Below are positions 28,201 to 40,200 of a DNA stretch of 64,000 nucleotides, in pieces. The position numbers and the translations under genes were made by a program. The notes below the pieces were generated by a model. It did not search any database. It was not told where the DNA came from and was given only the letters and a program-made list of their open reading frames with translations. Source of the DNA: Paraspadella gotoi (lineage: Eukaryota > Animalia > Chaetognatha); assembly GCA_051294375.1 (NCBI GenBank), contig CM119264.1, positions 15,587,473 to 15,651,472 of the forward strand, written 5' to 3'. How positions within the stretch are numbered: position 1 is the stretch's first letter; each line of letters begins with the position of its first letter.

Positions 28201-31200
28201 TGCGTCTGTCTCTCTCTGTACGATCTCTTGCGTGATCGTTCGTTTTTTGAAAAATCTGATTATTGAAGTTGAAATGTGTGACCATTTTCTTTGTTTCATA
28301 TCGATTCAGGTATTTTTTGTTTGAATTTCAACTTCATTATGATTTACTGCAATATGCAAATTAGATTATAGTACTTTTTCATAATACTATTCCTTGGCGA
28401 GATCCTTATTACTTTTAAGATTTTTGCCTTTGTTATTGAGTTTTGGAGTAGTTAATATAGAATTAATTAAATTAAATTAACGACTTAATTCTTTGTGACG
28501 AGAATCTCTCTCGCTTGTTCTATTGGTGTTTCAGCTGTCGTAAAAAATGCGTCGGCCTCTTTCGGATTATCTTCAATTATCATCTTTGATGATGTTGTGG
28601 ACGTTGTTAGGGAGGGCGTTGGCAAACTTGTATTTGATGATGTCGCCTATGGTGATATCCTGTGCTGGCTTTTTGTTGTCGGATTTCTTCCATTAAGGCA
28701 TTGTGGCTGCCATAACCCGGCAGACGCGTAAGGCCTCTTTCTCGCCAAAGGCCTCCTTGATTGCTAAGGCGGATCACTGACGTATATTTTTATCTCGCTA
28801 GACCGGCTCAAGTATTAAGGCTTAAGAATTGCTTCTTTATGCCATCGTCGTTGTTGTTTTTGTCGTTATGACACTTCTTTAGTCGGCTCTGCTTATCAGC
28901 AGATCCCGACTCTATATCTCACTTTGTCGGTCCCCCCCCTCAATATTGTCGAGCACACACTTATATCATGTCAGNNNNNNNNNNNNNNNNNNNNNNNNNN
29001 NNNNNNNNNNNNNNNNNNNNNNNNNNNNNNNNNNNNNNNNNNNNNNNNNNNNNNNNNNNNNNNNNNNNNNNNNNNNNNNNNNNNNNNNNNNNNNNNNNNN
29101 NNNNNNNNNNNNNNNNNNNNNNNNNNNNNNNNNNNNNNNNNNNNNNNNNNNNNNNNNNNNNNNNNNNNNNNNNNNNNNNNNNNNNNNNNNNNNNNNNNNN
29201 NNNNNNNNNNNNNNNNNNNNNNNNNNNNNNNNNNNNNNNNNNNNNNNNNNNNNNNNNNNNNNNNNNNNNNNNNNNNNNNNNNNNNNNNNNNNNNNNNNNN
29301 NNNNNNNNNNNNNNNNNNNNNNNNNNNNNNNNNNNNNNNNNNNNNNNNNNNNNNNNNNNNNNNNNNNNNNNNNNNNNNNNNNNNNNNNNNNNNNNNNNNN
29401 NNNNNNNNNNNNNNNNNNNNNNNNNNNNNNNNNNNNNNNNNNNNNNNNNNNNNNNNNNNNNNNNNNNNNNNNNNNNNNNNNNNNNNNNNNNNNNNNNNNN
29501 NNNNNNNNNNNNNNNNNNNNNNNNNNNNNNNNNNNNNNNNNNNNNNNNNNNNNNNNNNNNNNNNNNNNNNNNNNNNNNNNNNNNNNNNNNNNNNNNNNNN
29601 NNNNNNNNNNNNNNNNNNNNNNNNNNNNNNNNNNNNNNNNNNNNNNNNNNNNNNNNNNNNNNNNNNNNNNNNNNNNNNNNNNNNNNNNNNNNNNNNNNNN
29701 NNNNNNNNNNNNNNNNNNNNNNNNNNNAACATCGAATTAATGATAAATTAATAAAAAAAACGATTGTCCGTCGTCCGTCCGTCCCCACCTTAGCCAAAAA
29801 ACTCCAATTACTCGGTGATTGGATGGATGATTTGTGTATTGAATATTTTTGGTGGATGCGGACACTGGAACTGTGTATTGAGATGGATATGAAGTTTCGA
29901 GGAACCGTGCGAGTGGAATTGGTTAGAATGAATGAACAATAAAAAAAATTATAATATCACTATTTGAGCGCATTGCTTTCATGAGTGGATAGGGCAATTG
30001 ACTTGAAATTTGTTATGATGTAGGAAAGTGGTGTTGAATCTGAGCTGGATATAATAGTTTCGATGGAATCTGTCAGGGAATGAGTTAAAATGAGAAAAAC
30101 GGAAAAGTCATATTTACTTTGAAGTAGTTTTTACTGGTGTAATATTTTACCTCATCTAAAATTATTATTTATTAAAATTTGATATTAGAGTGAAATCAGG
30201 AATAGATAGTTTTGGTGTGTGGGGTAGCGGAAAGTTGATGGTGATATGTAGTGGAAATAATTTTAGATGGAATCGTAGCTAGTGGAAAAAGAGTTCAAAT
30301 TAGAAAAAAACACATATATTTTCAAGTTCTCTCTCTCTATTCTCCTCTCTGATGAATTGATTGTAATTGACTTAGATATGACCCAAAATTATACATCACA
30401 AAAATAAGCCCAGTTGACCAAATTCTTAAGTTGACTAAAGCTGGATATAAAGTTTCGACGGAATCGTGTGAGTGGTAATGAGTTTAAGTGGAAAAAACAC
30501 AAGTCGCATTTACTAAAATCTTTTTACTTATTTAACCAATAAGTACTCTAATTAATCATAATTGGATGGATAGATTGAGTTCAAATTTTTTGTGTGGGTA
30601 GAAAAATGTGTAACGATGCTTGATATAAAGTTTCGGTGGAAATGAGTTTAAATGAAAAAAATATGAGTCACATTTACTTGAATCATTTTACTTATTTTAA
30701 CCCATAATAGATTGAGATGAAATTTTGTGAGTGGGTAGGAAAGTGTGTGAAGAAGCTAGATATAAAGTTTTGACGGAATTGTGCTAATTTATGTTTTCAA
30801 CCTGTTCCGGCCTAATATCTAGTAAGGCGGGCNNNNNNNNNNNNNNNNNNNNNNNNNNNNNNNNNNNNNNNNNNNNNNNNNNNNNNNNNNNNNNNNNNNN
30901 NNNNNNNNNNNNNNNNNNNNNNNNNNNNNNNNNNNNNNNNNNNNNNNNNNNNNNNNNNNNNNNNNNNNNNNNNNNNNNNNNNNNNNNNNNNNNNNNNNNN
31001 NNNNNNNNNNNNNNNNNNNNNNNNNNNNNNNNNNNNNNNNNNNNNNNNNNNNNNNNNNNNNNNNNNNNNNNNNNNNNNNNNNNNNNNNNNNNNNNNNNNN
31101 NNNNNNNNNNNNNNNNNNNNNNNNNNNNNNNNNNNNNNNNNNNNNNNNNNNNNNNNNNNNNNNNNNNNNNNNNNNNNNNNNNNNNNNNNNNNNNNNNNNN

Positions 31201-34200
31201 NNNNNNNNNNNNNNNNNNNNNNNNNNNNNNNNNNNNNNNNNNNNNNNNNNNNNNNNNNNNNNNNNNNNNNNNNNNNNNNNNNNNNNNNNNNNNNNNNNNN
31301 NNNNNNNNNNNNNNNNNNNNNNNNNNNNNNNNNNNNNNNNNNNNNNNNNNNNNNNNNNNNNNNNNNNNNNNNNNNNNNNNNNNNNNNNNNNNNNNNNNNN
31401 NNNNNNNNNNNNNNNNNNNNNNNNNNNNNNNNNNNNNNNNNNNNNNNNNNNNNNNNNNNNNNNNNNNNNNNNNNNNNNNNNNNNNNNNNNNNNNNNNNNN
31501 NNNNNNNNNNNNNNNNNNNNNNNNNNNNNNNNNNNNNNNNNNNNNNNNNNNNNNNNNNNNNNNNNNNNNNNNNNNNNNNNNNNNNNNNNNNNNNNNNNNN
31601 NNNNNNNNNNNNNNNNNNNNNNNNNNNNNNNNNNNNNNNNNNNNNNNNNNNNNNNNNNNNNNNNNNNNNNNNNNNNNNNNNNNNNNNNNNNNNNNNNNNN
31701 NNNNNNNNNNNNNNNNNNNNNNNNNNNNNNNNNNNNNNNNNNNNNNNNCCGAAACTTTATATCAAGCTTCATCACACACTTTCCTACCAACACACACAAA
31801 TTTGTACTCAATCTATCCATCCAATTATGATTAATTAGAGTATTTATTGGTTAAAATAAGTAAAAAGATTTTAGTAAATGCGACTTATGTTTTTTCAATT
31901 TAAACTCATTTCCACTCACACGATTCCATCGAAACTTTATATCCAGCTTTATCGCACACTTTCCTACCCATACACAAAATTTCATTCCGATCCAACCAGC
32001 CAATCACGAGTTATTGGAGCTTTTTGCTAAGGTGGGACGGATGGATGGATTGATTGACTGATTAATGAATTATTGATTAATTAATTGACTAATTGATTAA
32101 TTAACTGATTAATTATTTGATTATTAATTCATCCTGCATTTACATTTAATATGAAAATAAACAGGTTTTTTGTTTTTTTCCATTTAAACTCATTTCCACT
32201 CAAAAGATTCCATCGAAACTTGGTTTCCTGTTCAATCACACACTTTTCTACTCACATACAAAATTCCAGGTCAATCGATAATTAAGTGGTAATAAGCTAA
32301 CTTGGTCAGTTTGCATAATTTAATCAACTTGCATAATTTTGTCAACTGACGACTCTATAATTCACTTTGCGGTCCGTCAGTCCGTCCCCTCAATATTGTG
32401 GGCACAACACTTATATCATGTCAGAACATCGAATTATGATAAATTATGCAAAAAAAACGATGTCCGTCCGTCCGTCTGTCTGTCCGTCCGTCCATCCGTC
32501 CGTCCACCTTAGCAAAAAAACTCCAATTACTCGTGATTGGATGGATGGATTGGTATGAAATTTTGTGTGTGGGTAGGAAACTGTGTGATTGAGACGGATA
32601 TGAAGTTTCGAGGGAATCGTGCGAGTGGAAATTTTAATGGAAAAAACAAAAAAATATATTTCACTATTGAACGCCAATTGCTCATGAGTGGATAGGGCAA
32701 TTGACTTAAAATTTTGTATGATGGTAGGAAGTGTGTGATTGAGCTGGATATAAAGTTTCGATGGAATCGTGCGAGTGGAAATGAGTTAAAATGTAAAAAC
32801 AAAAGTCATATTTACTTAAAGTATTTTTACTTAAATTTACTCAAATTATTATGTTTATTAAAAATTGGGATAGATAAATCGAAATTGAATTTGTGTGTGG
32901 GTAGGAAAGATTGTGATAAAGCTGGATATAAATTTTTAGATGGAATCGTAGGAGTGGAAAAGAGTTCAAATTAGAAACCAAAAGACACATTTATTTGAAT
33001 TTTTTAAAGTTTCTTTCTCTCTATCTCTCTCTGATTGATTTGATTGATTGACCAAATTATGCAAATTGAAAAAATGATGCAAAGGTGAAAAAAATCTTAA
33101 AAGCATAAGGATCGTCGCAATTGCAGAGAGAGAGAGAGAGATAAAAACGAAATAAAAACATGATGTTGCGATAGCAAAATGATAACATGCCACAAATGCG
33201 ATGCTTAATTTTACGAGTTCAATCCTAATTCAATTTTTTTTTAATAAAAACGCAGAGAGAAAGAGAGAGAGCGGCAGCAGAGGCAGCCAGAAAAAAATAA
33301 AGAAATCAAAAAGCAGCAGCAAGTTAAAAAATGATGCGCGAGTTGAAAAAATGATACGAGTTAAAAAAAAATTGTAATTTATCATCGTGATTAGCTGATT
33401 ACTTACTATTTTCGTCTTCTACAACCGCTTAATTATTGTAGGCAGATCCGACATTGTTTGCTCAAACTTGTTTTATAAACAAGTTTAAGCAAACAATGTC
33501 GGATCTGCCACGATAATTAATTAATTAATCAATTAATTAATAATTAAAATAAATTTTAATTTGTAATAATTAATTTTAAATTTATATTCAACTTATCATC
33601 ATCGATGTCCTTAAAATTGGGTTAGGGACAGTTATAAATATGTTTTGTTTACATTTTATCAAAACAAACAAAATATCCTCTATTTTATTTTATGTCTCCT
33701 CTCTCTCTCCTCTCTCTCCTCTCTCTTTTTATGGCAATTGCGGACCGGATTTTAGATTTTTTACNNNNNNNNNNNNNNNNNNNNNNNNNGTCGGGATCTG
33801 CTGATAAGCAGATCCGACTAAAAACCTATGGATTTTTTCGTCAGAGATTAGTCCTACTAGTGTCGATCAAGTCTAGTATCTCATCTCTGTACATTATAGG
33901 TAAAATATAATTACAAGTCTGGTATAATGGTATATGGTCTTTTCCAGCATCCTCTCAACCCTTTCGCACCATCACTCGTCCATTTTAAAATGAGTTCTAA
34001 TCGTCGCCGTTGGGTTCATGCTTTTCCACCTTCGGAGGGGAACGTTGGCATTGCTCCGAGAAGTTCGCACAGTAGTGAATGCGAAATTGATATTAATCTT
34101 GATACGGTAAAGAAAAAAAAAAACCAGAAAACGACCGAGCGTTAACTATTTTACTTTTTCTCTAAGTCTTTACTAACGGACAGATTAAAGGTCACACAGA

Positions 34201-37200
34201 ACCGATGGAGATTCGGTGCTCGTCGACCAGTCGCTTGAAGCGTGTCGGCTCAAATGCTTCCTTCGTTGATGTCGCATCCGAGGAACCAAAGTCTCCATCG
34301 AGTGTCGAAAGCGGCGAGAGCATGCTGACGGCTATTCGAGCTCCTTTTAGCAAGAGCGCCGAGAAAACTCCAAGTCGCAGCAATTCTTTCAACAGCATGC
34401 CAAGTGCGTGCTTTTATCTTTTATTACTTTCGTCGACCAGGGTTAGGGAGGGGTTAGCATTAAGGGTGGTTTAGGGTTAGGGGTGTGAGGGTTTAAGGTT
34501 AGAGTAATTACTAATTAGGTAATATTTTTTTTAAATTTTTTTTTTAAAGAAATATTTTTAATTAGTTTTCAAAATCCGCCAAAACCGTGGTCGGCGAAAG
34601 TAAAATTTAGCCGGAATTTTCTTACTGCTCGTTTTTTACTGACCGTTTTTCCTTGTTACAGGTATGTTATCCAAACATCTCCGTTACCAGACAATTTCCG
34701 CTAGAGAATCGCTGAATTTTGGAAGAAGATGCGGACGAGCAGGAATCTGTATTGAAGATGAATGGAACACTACGTTTGCAGGTGTTGATTGGAAAGCTTT
34801 AACCATTCCCGCCATACTTCCTACCACAACCGACTTTGCACCCAAAAAGGAAGATTTCGAAAAGGATTATTACATTAATGAATATTCGGTACGTCATTTT
34901 TATTCTTGGAGCAATTGCATCGTGAAATAAACTAGTTTGAGCTAACAATGACGGATCTTTTCCCGATTATTTAGCGACAAGTAGCAAATCTAATGATAAT
35001 TTATAATAAATCTTATAATATTTATATATGAAATTGGTACAACCAATATAAAAATTTTCCATTCATTTAATAAATAAGCTAGCTTGCCCCTGACTTTGAC
35101 TTTGACTTTTTTATATAATATATATCTTATAAATAAATCGACCAATCAGCTTGCAGAATCATTGGATCTGTCAAACTTACCCTTACCACCGATCCTCTTC
35201 TCTAGTTATAAATAGACCTAATCTGTTTGTTTCAGTAGCATTGAACAAGACTCCTGTGTTTTTCACCGTCATCCTTTTTCTCAGAATAATCTCATCTTTG
35301 ATTTCGTCCCTAGAGTTTTTCCTTAAATGTGGTGACAGGACTTCTGGGTAGAACTCACCACTTCTCCCGAAAGCCAAAGCCACCAGCAACCACGCTACCC
35401 CAAAAGAATCCCGCCCCTTTAACCTCCGCCCCAGCCCCGTCGGTCAAACACTTCCACCCTTGATATAAAAACTACTACGAATTATGTTTTAATTATATAT
35501 CGCCCTCTCTCTCTAATTATATAGTACCCGAAGCGTAGAGTGTCCTTTTTCCAGGGATCAAATAATTCTTCTATTTTTGCGTCTAATGAGCTGATATCTT
35601 AACATAAAATAGTCTCAACGTTGGTCTATTGCCCATTGGGTTAAAATTTAAATCGGACAATTCTAAACCACTTAAAAATAGGCTCAAAAAAAAAATTTTT
35701 TGAGCCTATTTTTAAGTGGTTTAGAATTGTCCAATTTAAATTTTAACCCAATGGGCAATAGACCAACGTTGAGACTATTTTATGTTAAGATATCAGCTCA
35801 TTAGACGCAAAAATAGAAGAATTATTTGATCCCTGGAAAAAGGACACTCTACGCTTCGCGTACCGTACATGGTGACAATTTCACTCTCTTTCAGTGACCA
35901 TAGCGGTTTTTATCAAACTTAACTAAATGTGAGAGAGAGAGAGAAATAGAAAGAAAGAGAGAGAAATACTTGTCTGAAGAACGAAACTACATCATTATCA
36001 TAGGAAAAGACTCAGACTATTGGACAAATTTATTTTTCATTGAGTAATTTTTCGCTAAAAAGTAAAATTTATCATGAAAAAAAATTCACGGGTTTAAAAA
36101 AGATTGACTTGTATCACTTAAACCCACGTTAGTATCATAAACTTCCTCACAGAAAAATTCATTAATTCAGTTATAAAAGTTTCGTTTTACCGCATTTGTG
36201 AGGCAAAAAAATTAGAGAAAGCTCAAGAAAGATACGCTTAGCATATGATTTCTGTTTAGAAGCCGTAAAAAAAAGGAAAAGACATTTTTGTACTTTTTGG
36301 AAATATGAAAAAAAAATAACAAGAATGTATAAAGTTTTCAAGCATTAAGGTTTCTAATAAAGTCATTTGTATAATTTTTCCGATTTTTAAGGTCACTTCG
36401 ATCATAGTGCCTTTCGATGGAAGACTTTCTCCATTCAAGATTTTCGCCGAATCTGACTATCGCTTAGAAACTCTTAGAATTCGGATCGCTAGTTCTTTTT
36501 ATTAAAACGATCGATCGACGTTCTTTTTATTAAATCGAGCGGAGAATCGAGCGCGCGATTAAATTTTTTTTTTCCCCAGGAGAGAGAGAAAGAATGATTT
36601 TAAATGTAATAATATTAAATTAACAAGCAGACAATACGTATTTTAATTTATAAATCCTTTATAGTAAGATATTTTACTGCCAATAATTTTACCATAAAAA
36701 ATTCTGGCTAGCTTGATGTCTCAGTGAAAGAAAGAATTGATCCTCGGTCAGGATCGGGATCGCCAAAAACGACGGAGGACGTAGTTGCGACGGTGAGAGC
36801 GACGACGAAAGGAGTGACGCATAAAGCGACGATGGAAGCAGCAAAAGAGAAGTTGTGTGTGTTTGAGTCCGCTGCTTCAGAAGCCGCAGCAAGGGGGCTT
36901 CGATGAAAAAAAGTGGGAAATGCTCATCAAATGCCGTATGACGGAGCAGCGAATCTCTCTCTCTCGTATGGTATTTTGAACGATGGAGGAAGCAGTTGCG
37001 ATGCGAGAGCTACGGCAAAGGGAGTGACGCATGAAACAACAAAGCAGCAAAAGAGAACATTTTTGTGCCTGTGTTGATAATCAATTATTGATGAAATGAA
37101 AATCTATCAATCTTCTGGAAAGAGAAAGAATAGATAACAATTTAATATATTCGCGAGAATGAGAGAAAAGAACAAATGTCAAACTGAGAATATTGTTAAT

Positions 37201-40200
37201 TTAGTCGTGTAAGATAAATGAAGAATGAATGTCGAGGATGAAGTTTTTATTATAGGAAAATTTAAATTAAAAAATGAGTTTAGTTTGGAGGATGTGAGTC
37301 CGGGACTGAGACCCGGTTAAGGAGAAGGTTAGCATTTCCCCTTTGAACCGCGATGGAGTTTATTTTTCCCCATCGCCTCTTGTTTTGATGGGCGATGGCT
37401 CAGAGAAAAGGAAGAGCTTTTAGATCCCTCCCTACAAATGTTTCCACGACTAAGGGTTGGAAGAAGCTTCCTTGCGCTTGGCAGTTCGCAAAATGACTGA
37501 GAAGTTTCGACGAACTCGTGGTCGCGAAAATGCAAATTTTGTTGAAGTAAATCAGCAGATCCCTCCTCTATAATTCACTTTGTCGGTCCGTCGGTCCGTC
37601 TCCTCAATATTGTTGGGAAGCATTTAAAGATTATTTTATTACTATATAAAGTTTAAAATTTTTTTTTATTTTTCAATTTTTTTTAATAGATTCTGATAGA
37701 GCTTTAAAAGTTAGATAAAGGTTATAAATACAACTTTTTAATTTTTTTTTGTTTTATTAATGAAAATTTTTTTAAAAATTTAAAATTCAGCCAATGATGA
37801 TGATGATTTTTTTAAGGTTTTTTCTATTTTTAACCAATTTATTGTCGAAATTTAAAAACAATTTTAATACTAACTTTCATTTAACTTTTTAAGTTCTATA
37901 AAAATCCGTTCTTAAAAAATAAAATTTTTAACATTTTTTTTGTCATTTGTTATATACTCTGGGAGTGAATAAACGAGACTGTGAGAAAGTCTTGATTGAA
38001 AGCTTGCAGAGACCTGCTATGTCATTATCTTGTAAGAGTGATGGAGGCCTTAAACCACCAAAGGCAAAGCCTGTCCAAAGTCAGGGATGACCATTTCAAT
38101 CACCGATTTTTTTATGGCTGCATACACTACGCCACGCTAACTTTCATCGTGTCTTATCAAGATTTTCAACCTCATTTTTGAATTTGAAGGTTTATCCCTA
38201 TGATTACTGGGAATCTCGTGGCGCTTCAAAATCTCAATTTTTAACCGTTCACCGTGTTTTCGAAACTTTGATTTCTCAACGTCTCGCCAAAGGTTACATA
38301 CAGTCTAATGTTATTTATCGAATCAAAATGGTATAACTGTAAGTTTGATTTCAACAATCAGGTTTTCAGATCGTCTCTCCCCATCGTTCTTTTCATCGTA
38401 CGTCCCGTCTTTCACCTGTCTCGTCGGTCGTGGGCGTCTCTACCAAGTCTCGAACCCCTGAAAACTATGAAGAGTTTTTGTTGGGCATCGGGCGGATTTT
38501 TCACCGTATCACCCTTTGCGGCAACGTAATCAAGGTAGCCGTGTACCGACCTAGATCTCCGCAAATTTGCTGCAGTTCTGATTACAGGTGTTTCATACTA
38601 TTTTGATCGGTATGGTGTTGAAGAATATACATTTTTACCTGATTCATAGGTATCAATTTCAAGTTCCTGATGCCTCTACCTTCGGTATTTCTACGGCTTT
38701 TTTCGCCCACGCCAAATTAGAAAATGTCAACTGGAACTACGTGGATAACTACGTAACAGTAGCCATGAATCCTAGAACTCGACGCGAGAGCGAGTTTGTC
38801 CTACTGGACTCCATGACCTACTGGCGGAGTCGCTTTTTACTTTTGCCAAGCAATAACCCGGCAACTAGACGGATCGTGGAAGGGGAAACGAATCGATGCG
38901 ATGTTTATATGGGTGAGACAATGTGATACAAATATTTTACATTTTCTCTAAATATGTCAAGCTGTCAAGATCTATTTTGCCGGGAAGTTTAGTTGTTTGA
39001 GGGACAGACCGATAACTCTGAAACTTTCTAATATTATATCTCTATAATTTAAAGCGTAGCACTATGATCGAAGTGAACGTTAAAATCGGAAAAATTATAT
39101 AATGGCATATTCGGATAGCTTAACCAGAGTAATTCTTGAAATCTTTAGAGGTACTTCTCATAAAATCTTAATATTTTCAAAAAGGACAAAAATGTAAAAT
39201 TTGATTTTTTTACGATTCCTAAAGATGACCCAAACGCTATGCGCATTTTTTTTAGCTTTTTTAAATTGTTTTGCCTCTCAAATACGGTAAAACAAAAGTT
39301 TAAAGAGCAATTTGATTCAATCAGTTAAGCGAGGAAGTTAATAGTACTAACGTGTTTTTAACTAATTTTTGATAAAGATGGAGGTATCAAAATAAAGATT
39401 GAGTAAAATTATAATTTGAAGTTTACAAGTTATGGTTTTTTTTTGGCATTTTCCTTCTTTTAGATCTCTAAGATCTCAATGCACATAATTTGTTTTAAAT
39501 TCCCAAACTGTTTTTAACGCTGATGAAGGCTTGTAGCTAAGTCGAAACATGTCCGTTTTTATTGAAATAAACCGTTGTTGAAAATTAATTTCAAACTCTT
39601 CTAATAAAAAAAATATAATTTTTATATTTTTGCATACGCCTATATTTATACATAAAAAATGTCTAAATTTTAAAATGTTTTTTTATTTTAAAAACAGATT
39701 CGAATTCCTCACGAAAAGTTGATGAAAGGAAATATAACTCTTTTTAGAAAATTATTTCATTAAGTGGATCAAAATCCTAACCTATAATTAAATTTTAATA
39801 TAAAAAATATAGTTTTTTAAATTTTTGGCTAACTTATGAGGAATTCGAATCTGCTTTCAAAATTAAGAAAATATTATTTTAAAATTTTCTATGGTAAGGA
39901 AAGCGTATGCGAAAATTGAAAAATTTTAAAAGAAATGTTTATATATCAATGTTCTTTAGTCCAAGACTATTATAAATACAATATATAAATACTAGACACA
40001 TTTGAATCCGACAATGTTTTAAATAAACAACCAGTCTCGGTGTCATTCTGTTCGTTTTTCCAAGCTCTTTTTAACTAAAAAAGTTTTATTTAAAAAAAAA
40101 AAACTTTTTCGCCCGAGCCAGGGGTGTTAAAGAGCCAAAATATGGAATTTCACCTTTTATGAATATTTTTTAGCTTTTTTCAGTAATTTTTTTAATATAA

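Noticed and set aside
29730-30430. Highly diverged HINE subfamily
   Set aside because: Differences are mostly scattered indels beside a gap, typical of unpolished long-read fill
28924-31834. Long ORFs of 250-350 aa (also 7366-7824)
   Set aside because: Made of N-gap positions
34439-34502. True telomere or telomere fusion site
   Set aside because: Short, degenerate and inside an intron of an intact gene
35183-35389. 68-aa minus-strand ORF as a gene or LINE tail
   Set aside because: No recognisable motif or supporting splice context
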